Positions 1-13,630 of a stretch of DNA of 64,000 nucleotides are shown here, piece by piece (positions within the stretch are counted from its first letter, which is position 1; the number at the start of each line of letters is the position of its first letter). A program made the translations under genes and the position numbers. The notes beneath the pieces are model-generated. The model did no database searches. It saw only the letters and a program-made list of their open reading frames with translations, and was not told the origin of the DNA. The DNA comes from Chrysomallon squamiferum. Its lineage: Eukaryota > Animalia > Mollusca. The DNA lies in assembly GCA_012295275.1 (NCBI GenBank), contig CM022677.1:2542001-2606000 (forward strand), in the 5' to 3' direction.

Positions 1-3000
1 ATAGCTTAATAAAAATCAAAATAATAAAAGTTGAACGTTGAAAACATCGATATTAAGGTGTTATTACGGTTGTCATTGTTCTATTGTTGACAAATATAAT
101 AATATATTTTAATGATATTTACTGCCGGGTCAGAAAATATTAAAAATAATGTAATAAAGACAGCGAATAAAAAAAAAACATAAAGTATATTACACTGTAC
201 AACTTGCGCTCATTTTGAAAATGAAAAAAAAAAATGACGAGGAAATAACTCTCAGATGTTTACATGCATATTAACAAAATCTTTAACATTTCGGCGTTCG
301 AAAAATGACCGCTGTGAACGACGGCGACCTTTTTCTTTTTAATCACAATTAACATTTTCATTAACAATGGGTAAAATTATCCGCTCAAGTTCAACGTACA
401 GTAAAATAACACCTTTTATTTACATTTAAAATTAGCTAAAATTATAATGAGACCTACTAAAACGGACGTTTTTAACAACGCCGTTATATATATACTGTTC
501 GACGTCGAATCTCTAATATTGAATTAAAAAAACATACTCTGTATTTTCTAAAACAATGTGTTAATTTACCGCTACACCTCTGTTGAACAACTAAAAACGT
601 CTCAATAATATATGATGGCTGTGTTAAAACTGCAATGTTATTTTTCTTGACGCCGTGTCAAGTATCTGTGTGTGTCTCTGTGTCTGCTGAACATTAATCT
701 TACCTTTCAGCAAAATTTCAATGATCCATTTCGCCATCCAAACCAAAAATCAATGGTGTACATCAAGACGTTAAGAACAATACTGGAACGATGGCAATGA
801 CGGCCTCATTAATAGAAATTTTTTAAATGTCGGATGTGAACACTTCTTAATAAAAAGTAGAATAAGTTGAACGTTGAAAACAACGCCGTTACGACGGTGA
901 TGAAAACATTAAAAACGTAATAATTTTGTTTTAATTTTTTTCAGGACAGATGTTTTCAGAAAATATAAATTCCTGCGACAATAAAAAAAATAAAAGGAAT
1001 CTAGTGTGAGTTAACTTTAGGAACGGCGTTCGTTGGTGCAACGACATAACATTAATAGAAAAAGAAAATAACATATTTCAAACAAGATTCAACCTGTTTA
1101 TTTGAAGTTTGAGGAATGATTCATAAAAAAAAAATTTAAATAAATAAAAGAAAACCACTACGAAAGCTATAATTTTTAACGGCGACGATGTCAAGTTTAT
1201 CAAATTGTAACCTGGGTTCATTTCAGTTTGAACGAACACTAAAACAGGGCAAATAACTAATGAAGAATGAAAACATGATAAGCAAGAACAACGACAACAT
1301 AATGATAAAATAAAATAATACATTAATAATAAATTTGAACAAAGTAAAAAATCCAAAGTAAATATACATCTGGTAAAATTGTTCTGGACTATTCTCAAAA
1401 GTTCCATCACAGAAGTAGGTATCCGCATTCTAAAGGTGTCTTAGGTTATTCTAAATCTGTAACAAAGTAAAACCGAAAAAGAAAACTGAACATGTACACC
1501 AAGAAATTAAAACATTTACTGGAACCGGCAATGACGGCCTCATTCTGTAAGAATTTGTATTTTTTACGTAGGATGTATACTCATTTGTTACTTGTACATA
1601 GATATGTACATTTTTTTTTTTTTTTTTTTTTTCAGAGCAGATCCAGATTTATTATAAAATCCTAAACAATAAATTAAATTATTCTAGTTTTGTTACTTTT
1701 CATCTTTTATTTGGTGCATTAATATATAAATAAAAGAAGAAATTGTAGGATCCCAAAACAAAATAACAACACCGTTTACCTTTGAAGTTTACTGATCTAT
1801 CTATCTATCTATCTATCTATCTAAATAAAAAAATAAATAAAAAAAAAAACAAAATCGATTTAAAATTTTTATTTTATTTTTTTGAACATTAATTTAATAA
1901 TTTTTTGATTATTTTTTTTTTAGTATCTTATTTGCAGAAAAATGCGGGATGATTTCGGTCTTAGCGGATTTACTTTCTTGTTGGATGTTCGAAGAATAGT
2001 CTACAGAATTGGGATAATCGCATTATCATGCAACAAAAAAGTTTCTCAGTGTATTTCATTTTGTGAAGGAGACAGGTATTACTATTTATTATTATAGTTG
2101 TTAATGTGTTTGGATAGTTTTCGTTTTATTTAATTATAATTTAAAAGTCATACACGTGATGGCAGCCATCTGATTTTAGAATAATATTTATTTATTTATT
2201 TATTTTCATTTTTTTGGTTGTTGTTGAAAATAACGACACTCGATTAATAATAAAATTCACCAGTGGTTGTACTAATGTGAACAGCATAAACAACATCATA
2301 TAAATAAGAAATCATGTTTAGTCTTTAATTTTGTTTTACCAATCACTGTATCGGGGACAAATTTCGTGTGACCAGTAATTAAATTTGTTTTAAAATAAAT
2401 TGACTTGTGTAGCACACATCACACGACAACTATGTGTCGACTGTCAAAGGATTTATTTATTTATTTATTTATTATTATTATGATGATTGTTGTTGTTGTT
2501 GTTGTTTTGGAAAAAACCACTAATAAAAATATTTTTAAAAAATATGCTAATTTTGTTTCACATGTTGTTATCAGTTTTTTTCTGATTTTTTTTTATATTC
2601 ATGTTAAATTCATGCTCTATACATTATTCAGCATATTTAATTGATTTTTAAACATATTAAAGGTTATAATGGGTGGGGCCATAAATGCTTTCATTATTTA
2701 AGCTAAATAACTGTATAGCTCTGTTAACAATAAAAACAAATAAAGATAAATAAAAATTTAAGAAAAATATGACCAGGTTATTTCATATGTAGACACTGTA
2801 AAATATTAATACAATTATTTTTTATCTTATTATTACTAATATTTGTTTATTTGGGATGTTTTCCAGGACATCTGGAGAAAATTTTCCAAATGAATTTAAA
2901 GAATTTTTCTATGAAAAATCAGATGCAAATGAAACATTTTATAAATTTCACATCCAGCTACACAATCATTGACCAGAACTACTCTGTAGAGTGCAAGTGC

Positions 3001-3947
3001 TGCTGGAATACTGTAATATGGATGTATCGATGGTTTATATTCAGCATAGACAGGAACAAGAAGGAAAGGGCAGAGCACCACTGCAGTTTTGTGAAAACAA
3101 GCTGATGCTGGTAAAAACACTTCATCTGCTACGCTGCCAAACAAAACCATTTGGCAGATGACAGCGATGGCTCTGCATGACTGTGGCAAAGACAACAGCC
3201 AGAAAGTTGAGCAGCAGGTGATGTCTGAGCTTGCTGTTCTGAGAATGAAGCTGGATGAGAAGATAAAGAAAACAGAAAAGAAAACAGAGGCTGTAGCTGC
3301 AGCAGAACAAGATGAGACAGAGAGTCGGGAAGGCAGCGTTCATGAGAGTGATGTCTTGCCATATTGACAGTTTGAAGGACCAGGCTAGTCCTGAACCTAA
3401 TTCAGAGTGCGATGAATGCATCCATGTCCCTGTCCTCTTCTTCATCATCACAAAAATCCAGTCCATTTACCAGAGAAGGGATACAAGAGACTATTGATAA
3501 TGTGAATCAACAGTCTGGTGTCAAGTGATCTGTCAGGCCTGTGTTAGAATGTTTTCAGAAACCTCTCAACAGTGTCAGGGTATGTTCTTTTATTAGTTTA
3601 TACGTGTGTGTATGTGTAAGTTTTATCGTAACAACTCTTTACTGAGGGTAAACTAGCATATAGTAATCATTTATTTGGTATTGTTTAGTTAATTATTTAA
3701 ATTTTTGCCCTTATCATCATTATCATTATAATGACATCAAAAATATCCCACACCCCTTTGTGTCTGAATAATCCAGTAACTGGTACCATTACAATTTAAT
3801 TTTAATAATAACAGAAACATTAGTTATTTATTTCTAACAGTTAATTATTTATTTGTATGTCCAGCACTGAGGATAAAGTTTGTTCTGCTGCCACTGGAAA
3901 AGAAAACCTGAACAGGTGAATTTCTTATATATATCTCATTATTCTAA

Positions 3948-4111
<164 letters not shown>

Positions 4112-5989
4112 GATATAACTACAAAGGTAAATAAATAAAAGACTTGTTTTTCAGAAACTGCTCTGAACAGAAGATCACCACAGGGTACAAATGTTATCAG
4201 AGAATATGGCAGAACAGGCACATCTATAGAGGTTGTTGTTATTAGTCATTGTCATTGTTGTAGTAATGTAGATGTTACACCATTAGTACTTGTAGCATTA
4301 ATAATAAACTACTTGTTGTAGTAATGTTGCAAAATTGATCTTGATGATGTTTTAGCTGATGATGCTATCTCAGTAGCTTTGTAATAGTAATTACTGGTTG
4401 TAGTGGTGGTGGTAGTAGTAGTAACAGTACTAATAATAGTTATTTCTAGAGAAATTGTTATGATAAATGTAACAATAAGTAGTGTAACAGTAGTGATAGT
4501 AGTAGTAACAGTAGTCATCGTTATTGTTGTAGTAATTATAATAATATTAGTATAAGGAAATACAGGCACAGGAATAACAGTGAAGAGAGTAAAAAAATAT
4601 TATTAATGAATAGTAATTTTAGTAATAGGAGTATTATTTCAATAACAATAACCCTAGCTGAATAAGGAATAATAGTAATGATGATAATAAAATAGTAGTG
4701 TTGCAGTAAATGTAGTAGTAGCAGTATTTTATTTAAAATTATACAGTATTTTATTTATATTTTATACAGTATTTTATTTATTTATTTATTTGCACCCACC
4801 AATCACACTTTGACCAGTGAGTTGTCCAGTCTCTTGTCCAACGTCAGCATTGACTCAGTTGTGTGAAAGTTCTGCTGATGAACAGCTCAGTTTTGGTGAC
4901 CTGGACACGCTGTGGATATTGAAGCCGACCACATCAACAAATCTGATTAACTTGGAGTCTTACACCAGATCACCAATCCAAACAGTCAAAAACTTGAAAA
5001 ACTTGAACGTGCTAAAACCAGGCTAAGATAAACATTAAAATGAAATCATTTGACAGATGACTGTGATGGCTGTGTGTGACAGTGGCAAAGACAAAAGCCT
5101 GGAAGTTGAGCAGCAGGTGACTTAGTTTACTTCCATTAGCATTGTTTTATTTCTTTTTAGCTTAAATTTGTACTAAGAGTAATCAAAGTAGTTTTATTTT
5201 TAACTCCCAAAAATTCATGTTTATTTTAGACACATTTGTTATCTGTCCAGCTTTAGATTTTCTTTCAGTAAATAATATGAATTGGTAACTTCATCTTTAA
5301 ATCTCATTGGAATACAAAACAAAATATTTAAAAAGTTCATATTTCAATTTTTAGTTTACTATAATTATATTGATTCATGCTATGTTAATTTATTAAATCA
5401 TTTTATAACAAAGAAATCTCATTATTTACTGAATGGCATTCAGAGCTTTCATCATGTATTTATAGGAACTGAAGAACCCAATATACCAAACTGTGGATTT
5501 AAACTGTTTATTTTCAGAGGTTAAATCAGCTTGTTAAGGATAAAAATATTCAAGAAATTGTTTCTAAATACAAACTCAGATTGAGATTTTAGAGCAAAGA
5601 GCAGCTCAAGTCTCCAGTTGAGTTGAAGTATTTGGTGCTGTCCAGCAGGTATTTAAATACATTATTCATTGCAAACCTTTCCATTTTATTTCAGTTTTTC
5701 TCAAAATTCTGGTGCAAAATATTTAAGACAACTCATGAAATGACTCAGCAATTATAAAAATAATATCCACTCTGATTCTATGATTCTTTTTACTTTTCTG
5801 TATCTTTTTACTTTATTTATTTATTTATTTATAAATGTAAAAAGGAGTAATAATTAATAACCAGAGAATTCTACAAATAAAAGTCAGGACAAATATATTG
5901 TGTGTTTTTATAGGAGATGAGACTCAGTTGTACAGTGACAGTGACTTTATTCTCATAAACTGTAGATTACAGTACAGAGAAGAATGTGT

Positions 5990-8900
5990 TAAAGACATAT
6001 AATAACAAAATCAAAATGCACTTTTAGAAGTTTAAGGTGTATGACATACTCTTTCACATATAGTTCTTATTAACAAATATAGCTTTTTTTTAATACAAAT
6101 ATATTTTTACTGTTAAACAAATTATTACATGAAATTATATTTGCCTCATATATTTAATTAATCTTTTCTAGCATTTAATAACATAGAATCATTACATTCA
6201 TCTCCAATTGTGTTAAGATTACAGATTTGACATTTTCTGTTTTCTCTTAGAATAGTAGACCTGTTTCAGTTGGAAGTTAATCATGGTTCTAAATTTACAT
6301 AAGACTTTCACATTCTTTTGAGATAGCAAAGTAAGCTAGTTTTCTAATTTTAATTGATTTTAAAATGTCTTTCTATTAGTTGTATATTTGTAAAACCCCA
6401 TATTTCACAAGTATACAATAAAATTGGCTGTATTAGTTTGTCAGATAAATCAGGTATACAGTCATTAGAGAGATTATTCTGACAACTTTCAGCTATTATG
6501 CTATACATAGCTTTCATTGCTTTATTATATAGTTATTTTACACTGTAAGTGAATAGACCATTTCACATAGTGTTTTTATAGTTATATCAATAATCTCCAT
6601 CAAATATAAATATATAATCACTAGTATTTCTGCTTTTACTGAAAATCATTATTTTAGTTCTATTTATATTAACTTTAAGTCTCCATTGTTGGCAGTAATT
6701 GGCAAAAAAGTTAAGATTATGTTGTAGAGCATCCAGTGATTCTGCTAACAGTATTGTATCATCAGCATACAGTAGAATAACAAGCTTTAAATAAACATTA
6801 AATTCTTCACTAAACATTGTTGTAATTGCCCTGTGCCTTATTAGCTATAAGAAATTCCTCTAAGCCATTTAGAAAAACAGAAAATTAAATTGGTGAGAGA
6901 TTTTCTTTTTGCATGGCACCGATTTCACAATCAAAACTATCAGATAACAAACCATTTACTATAATTTTAGCCTTAGTATCTTCATACATATGCTCTAACA
7001 AAAAAGAAATGCAAAAGTAGATTTTATTGTCATTGGGAATAACTATCAACAGAAAGCTTCAGAATGTTCACATTTTACACACACTTTCGCAGTTCATTAA
7101 TACTGATGTCATTACATTGAAAAGGTTAAGTTCAAGGTTATAACAGTATAATATCAATACCTTGTGTGCCCACCATGGGAGTCCAGAACTGCCTGACATC
7201 TCCTTCCCATGGCTGTAAGGATATTATGAATTACACCTTGTGGAATGGTGGCCCACTCTGTCTGTAGTAATAATGTCAACTGAGCTCTATAGGGTTCAAA
7301 TCCGGAGATTTAGAGGGCCAGGGCAGGACCTGAATGTTATTGTTGTGTAGGTATGCTGTTGTGATTCTGGCTGTATGTCGTGCTGGAATACAGCATTACC
7401 ATTATTCATAATTGGAGTGACATGTGGTTTCAAAATTTCAGCTCAGTATCTCTGTGCCATTAAGTTGCCTTGGATGTGAACCAAGTTGGTCCTGCCAGTG
7501 TATGAGATTGCTGCCCACACCATCACACTACCACCGCCAAATCTGTCAGCTTCCTGTATGCAGTTTACAGCAAAACGGTCACCACAACGTCTGTAAACTC
7601 AACATCTTCCATCAGCTCGACGAAGCAGAAATTGAGTCTCGTCACTAAACCAGACAGTTCTGCATCGTAATTGAGGCCACTTTACACCACTGATGCTGTA
7701 GGCGATGATGTTGTGAGTCAAAACCACTCTTCTTACAGGACGTCTGGCTCGAATACCTGCCTCGCGTAAACGATTGCGCACTGTCTGAGCCGATATTCTA
7801 CGCAGACCTGGTATTGCCGAAGCAGTAGAGGTTGCTGTGGTGGTTCTTTCCCGTAGACGAAGTACCCATCTACGCAGCAGTTACACATGGTCTACCTGAT
7901 CTGGGATGGTTACATGTTGTTTGGTGTTGCTGGAACTGATACCACAATCTCAAGGCTTGGGGATACATGGAACATCCGGGCTACGGCTGAGAAGGATTCA
8001 CCAGCTTGTAAACAGCCGATGGCGTTGTTTCGTTACGGTTCACTCAGTTGTGATATTTGTTTGATGTTGGGTCAGAACAAAAATAAAGAACAGAAGTATT
8101 CGAAAACCTTGAATTTTTATAACCCTCATATTCAAGTTTCATGTGCCGCATGTGCATGTGCACTGGTAACGTGGTTTGCATGTAGGGCCATTTTGGCTAA
8201 TAAACACGATCATAGCCTTTATTTTGTGTTACCTGCTTTTTGGCAACTAACAGAAGCTATACAACATTATATTCATAGTTTGTATATGTGTATTCATGAA
8301 TGTGTCAGTTTACAATAGTTATCTAAGGAATCAACCATTTTGCATTTCTTTTTGGGGAGAGTATATTTACTAAGACATTAAAACATTTTTAATTTATGCC
8401 AGATCTAATTAACTTATACCGTAATCCAATTTTCTAGAGACTACCAAACACTTTCTCAAAATCTATAAAAGCACAATATGATTTCTTTTTACTTTTGTTC
8501 ATTAAAATAATTAGCGAGTATAAAGAAAATATAAGGTCTGTCATTTTTACGAAATCCAGCTTGTTTTTCTAAAATCAGGTTTGTTCATCTGCATACTTAT
8601 TTCATCTAGAATTGAGTACAGATGTAAATAATTTACCTGAACAGCTTAATAATGTAATAGGTTTATAATTTTCAGGGTCATTTCAAGCTCCTTTATTTTT
8701 ATATACCAATCGGATGGTATAATTGCTGTGTCAAGAATAACATTAAACGGTAGTACGTATAAAGGTAACATAACATTAGTAGTATGCTTAATATATTCAT
8801 TAATAATAAAATCTTATCCAACTGATCGATTACAATGGAGTCAGTCCACTGCTCTAGATCTTTCCCTGGCTGAAAAAGTTTTGTTCAAAATATCATTAGT

Positions 8901-9670
8901 AGTTTCTTGTCTTTGAGTGTGTACTTCTTCTAGTAATATGATCAGGCAAAGTTTCATCAATATTGCTATTAAGAGTTTTGAAAAAGTGGAATAAAGAATC
9001 AATTGATACACATCGGCTTTTGACCGTCTCTGCTTGTTGTTGTTCAGAATTGACTGGTACTCTTTGGGATTTGAAGTTTTTAGTTTTTTCAGTTTTTGTT
9101 TAACAGATATTCTGTATTCCCTAACAGCTCTGTTTAGTGGCCAAGCATACTTCAACCATCTTGTTTATATCTTCTTCTGGCTTTTCTGACTTCCTGTTTT
9201 GTAGCTTTACAAGCTGCGTTAAGCCAGGCCTTATTATAAGAATGTTCCTTTATTGTATTATAGGTGGTTTCTTTCCAAATGTCTTTTTGGCTGCAGTTAT
9301 AAATATAACATTTATATCAGAGTCTGTATTATTTATAAATTCAGAGTACGCATCTGTTTCCTTGCAACTTTGTAATTTGTTTTGGTATTTGAATTAACAA
9401 ATGCTTCTACTTTTCAAAATTATCGCAAAATTCTTGCATTTTAATCATGAAACCATTTCCTTGGGACTTCTTAGAGCTTGATGAAATATCAATTACAGTA
9501 TTCTTAAGAGTTATTCGCATACGTAGTTTGACATATAAAGGCCTGTGACATCTGATAAGCAAAGAAGAAAATGGCAGAATAGAAAGGTTTTCAGTTAGGG
9601 ACAAGAATTTAACATTTGCAGTGAAGTAATCTACGACACTAGCATCTTTACCTACTTTCCCATTCATATA
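5990..9670 (-). mobile_element. Non-LTR retrotransposon ORF2 relic (RTE-X-like LINE): endonuclease end, reverse transcriptase, C-terminal Cys finger
   Basis: SVVDYF...CHRPL (APE C-terminus, 9407-9667); IGAMQKENLSPI (GVRQG..LSP-like, ~6880-6930); LLYADDTILLAES...WRLKVNINRTKIMIF (6587-6817); QPILLYTCEIWGF (~6390-6430); ENRKCQICNLNTIGDE (~6200-6250). Many stops and frameshifts. Clade assignment is from recalled motifs. Confidence 0.85.
6991..8363 (-). mobile_element. Tc1/mariner DNA transposon, degenerate, inserted into the LINE RT
   Basis: TA on both sides (6989-6990, 8364-8365); imperfect TIRs TGCTCTAACAAAAAAGAAATGCAAAA and rev-comp TACTCTCCCCAAAAAGAAATGCAAAA; transposase motifs RNRLREAGIRARRP (HTH) and VWFSDETQF (first catalytic Asp) in ORF 7599-7781; WP..SPDLNPIE-like remnant near 7290-7325. 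Confidence 0.92.
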
Positions 9671-9759
9671 AACATGTCATATATATATATATGTTATACA
9701 GAAATCAAGGAAAATATGACCATAGTTATTTTTCTTTTTATGCTTTGATTCTATGACCT

Positions 9760-11600
9760 ATGACCTATGAGCTCCCAGTGAAAATTTGCAGAAATGTCAT
9801 TTATGAGTTATTTGCATTTGCAATATCTATTCCATGTTGTTTATTGCATTTTTCACTTCTACCTCAAAAACTTAACTTTTGTGTTTCAGTCATGCCAGCA
9901 ATTTTGCTGTGGTACCCCGATGCACAAAAAAGCCTTACAATAGTTACACCAGTAAACTATTTTTGACTTTTTGGGAAAGTCCTTATAGGCAGCACTGGGA
10001 TTTTGTTGTCTGGCCCTTTTGTATTTTTCCAGACACACTACACACCTACTGTTTGATGTTGCATGGGGAGACTCTTTCCAACTCGTGAGGTCTGTACAGA
10101 TACACTTTCACTGGTAACAAACGGTGATAATTGCCTACAAGTTAATGGCAGAGTTTTTCAACAAACACATTGAATGTAAACACTCTTTGCCCCTGGGGAT
10201 TATGCAGCTGATAAGGCCATATGCATTATTCTCAGCCCAAGTAAAAAAACTTCATACTAAGACGACGTGGCCATATGTAACAACATTCCCTCGTCAAGTC
10301 TGCTGTGATGCAGCTTGGTAAGTAGGTCATTTTTATCATGAATGCATTTTTACTGTGGACAGTTTTCAGACATCCCACAGGAAGTCTTCTCTGCTCTTTA
10401 CTATCATAATCTTGTACATGTACTGGGGGGGCTATAAATGCAGAAGTTACACAATAAACGGGCTTTTTGTCATACCAAACAATTGCTGCTACAATTACAT
10501 TGAACAATAGTTTAAACTGCCCCTTTCTGATTTGATGTTTTGATTTGGTCAGTTTTTTGTTTGAAAAAGTTTGCGCTTTATAAGTGCAGTGTCCACTAGG
10601 CAGATTCCTCTCTTTTCCAGCAAAAACTCACACAAATATACACTAGTGTAGAGTCTATCTGTAAACACACAGAAATGCTGGTCATGAAACAGCTGGTCAT
10701 TTGTAAATCTGATCAGATTTGTCTAGCTCTGGGTCTAACTCATGTACACTATGTAGCATAGGCTATATTGCTAAAAATCTGTCTCTTGTAAAAACCTGTG
10801 AAAATCCAGGTGTGATGCTCATTTTCCTTATCTCACCAAAATTGTTCTTGTGAATAAGCATTTCCATCGCTACTCTGTCAGTGAACTAAACAATTTTGCA
10901 TACTAATGTGAAGGGTGTTGCTTCTCTGTTATGTTCTACCTGCTATCAGTTTCAACAACAAATCATAATTCCAGAATAACATCAAAAAGTCAGCAGGGCT
11001 GCTCTCATTATTTACTGAATCTGGAATATTCTTGGGACCAGGGATTAAATTGTTTTTCATGATAACCTCTTGCAATTCATCCACAGATCTACCTGAGGCT
11101 GAGAATTCTGTCACACACCTCTACCACAGTCACACCCCCTACCACAGTCACACCCCCTAACAGGTTCTAACACCTGGGTCGTGATTATCAACAGAATCAC
11201 TTTCATTTTTACTTTCATGTGCATTTGTGTTAATATTATTTGTATCATTGACAACATCATCGTCACTCTTTTTTCACTTTCAAAATCACTATTATTTCCA
11301 TATTCCAACACTTCATTCTCATCCTCAGAATCTGACATAACATTTGTAATGCCTGCTTGGTTGTCACTTTCTTACTGCTCATGTTTAAGAAAAAAAGTTC
11401 TCCAAAGACTGCAATTGTTTGCAAAAAAATTATCGAAGCTTCCTGCAAGAATACGAGCAGGTATACATGTTACAATCAATGTGTCAAACCAGTCATTTGG
11501 TCAGATGCCTCTGACCTCTAGTCATTTGGCCAAAATTACTAAAATTTCCAGTCATTTGGCTAAAGGGTATTTCTTGGGTGTTTTCTAATAACTAAACTAT
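9760..11600 (-). mobile_element. piggyBac-like transposase relic
   Basis: Acidic N-terminus (11111-11338), SPADFLMLFW (10929-11114), HFCVFTDRLYTSV (D-N-F/Y-Y-T-S-like motif, ~10640-10680), WYDKKPVYCVTS (10232-10507), C-terminal Cys-rich domain RCVVC...YWCNYCKAFLC...CWHD (~9885-10060). TTAA TSDs and TIRs not identified, so boundaries are approximate. Confidence 0.85.
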
Positions 11601-11699
11601 GTTTCATCTGTATTGAATAATCAACTACATGTAACAACAATTTACCAGTGTAATGCATTGGTGACACATAATACATACTTGATTTATTTAAACAATTTA

Positions 11700-13150
11700 C
11701 ACTGTTGTGACATCTGCTATTACACAAAACATTATTTTTGAAACAAGCACATCACTTTCTCTGACATCTCTTAGGTCCATTACAACTGCACTTGACAAAA
11801 CCCTGACCACCGTGTTGAGACTCCTTTTTGTTGACTTGATGAATTGACACACTGTTAATGTCAGATTCACTCAGGAGTCTCTGAGGACATAAATCAAACT
11901 GGTGTCGACTATATTTCCCTTTCAGAATACCAGAAGGGCAACCAATGGTATATTGTCCATTTTCTACAGCTAATAAAACACCCAGAATATTTCTACAGAC
12001 AGAATGGGCTCAGCTACGTTATCACCAACAGAACATCCTTCACAATCACACGACTTTGCTTAACAACACGCTCGGCTTGTTTCTGTTATGTGGCTACAGC
12101 AAGCTTTCTTTTCTTGTCTATCCTGCTCATTGGTTGAGTAATTTCTGATAGAGATTGAGTTGTTTCTGATAGAGATTGAGTTGTTTCTTATAGAGGTTGA
12201 GTTGGTTCTGGTAGAGGTTGAATTGTTTCTGGTAGAGGTTGAGTCGTTTCTGGTAGAGGTTGAGTTGTTTCTGATAGAGGTTGAGTTTAACACCAACAGA
12301 CCAATCAGTGCTATCATTCTCACTCATTCTCACTCATCCTCACAACAAGCGAGTCTTTAATGTCATAATTCACACGTTCTACAGAACCTTGACTCTGTAG
12401 GTGTTATAACTAGCTCAGGCCACAACTCATTCAAATCAGAAATGATCTGAGCTGTAAATTCAGAACCGTTGTCGCTCTGTACTGTATGCGGTGCACCGAA
12501 TAGCAGAAATATGTCAATGAGTTGCTATGCAACCTCAGCAGCTCACTTTGATGTCAGTGGGCGGATAACAACAAACTTTGTAAGATGATCCTGATACACC
12601 ATAATCCACTTGACAGAACCATGTGGTAATGATTGCATATCAGTGAGATCTACTTGACCATGAGTAGAAAACTCTTTAGACAAGATTTGTCAGACAACCA
12701 CTCCCTTTGTCATCAGTTTACATTGACAGTCAGTGCACATTGACTTAAACAGTTCAGTAGAATCCCTGGTAACACTGGCATATTTCTTGCCTATCTCTTT
12801 TACCATTCGATTGCAACCACCGTGGCTAGTGCGAGAGTGGGCACGTTTGACAACATTGAATGTCTCTTTGATGTGCACGTAATACTGTTGGATTTGTATC
12901 AACTTCTCAACTGAATAATTTCATACTTGGACAGAAGATAATAACCTTGGTGTCACTTAGCTGATGATTGTTCATTTAAATGCTTGAGTTCGTTTATCAA
13001 CAAAAAGTACTCTGGTTTTGGTATAAGTACCTTTTTTTAGAGATTCATATTTCTTATATAACTCATTTTTGAACATATTGTCTACAGACAACTGATATCT
13101 GACATATTGTCTGAATTCAAAATTCTGTATCAGGCAATCTGTCAAACTGA
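11700..13150 (-). mobile_element. Ginger2/KRBA2-like integrase DNA transposon relic
   Basis: HHCC finger HSRTSHGG...CTDCQ (12690-12902), then QVDLTDMQS...WIMVYQDHLTKFVVIRPLTSK...LFGAPHTVQSDNGSEFTAQII (~12420-12660), an rve integrase core with no adjacent RT/RNase H. Boundaries approximate. Confidence 0.8.
12130..12285. repeat. 21-bp minisatellite (~7 copies) inside the integrase element
   Basis: Unit CTGRTAGAGRTTGAGTTGTTT repeated. Confidence 0.9.
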
Positions 13151-13159
13151 GGGCACTCA

Positions 13160-13630
13160 TTTTCAGTCATCTGGCCAAATGACTGGTTTGACACATTGAC
13201 TGTTTGTGTTGTGTGATCTCTGTTGTCTTGTTTCTGTTGACTGAGTTGTTATGTTTGTGTTGTGTGATCTCTGTTGTCTTGTTTCTGTTGGCTGAGTTGT
13301 TATGTTTGTGTTGTGTGATCTCTGTTGTCTTGTTTCTGTTGGCTGAGTTGTTATGTTTGTGTTACTGGCTTCTGGCCCTTCCTCTCCCAGTGTAAACAGC
13401 CTGACCTCAATATACAGTTCATCACCATTTAAAGCCATGCTTTTCCCTTGCCTTTTTGCTGTAATGTGGATATAGTAATTTTCTCCTGTCATTAATTTCT
13501 TTCAGGAATTGTTCATTAACCCTGAATTGCTTGTTTATCAATGTTTTGGGTGCAGTTCTTCTGACTATTTCTATGTCTTTATTTAAAATGAATTTAGCAA
13601 CAATAGGTCTTATATATCCATCGACATCTT
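13160..13630 (-). mobile_element. LINE ORF1 fragment (L1-type RRM/CTD-like)
   Basis: Reverse strand reads IRPIVAKFILNKDIEIVRRTAPKTLINKQFRVNEQFLKEINDRRKLLYPHY...DELYIE, a typical ORF1 C-terminal signature. Same strand as, and upstream of, the ORF2 relic. Confidence 0.7.
13195..13365. repeat. 51-bp tandem repeat (~3 copies)
   Basis: Encodes NTNITTQPTETRQQRSH three times in ORF 13163-13492. Confidence 0.9.

Noticed and set aside
1078-1428. 116-aa - strand ORF
   Set aside because: Compositionally biased, alternative start, no recognisable motif.
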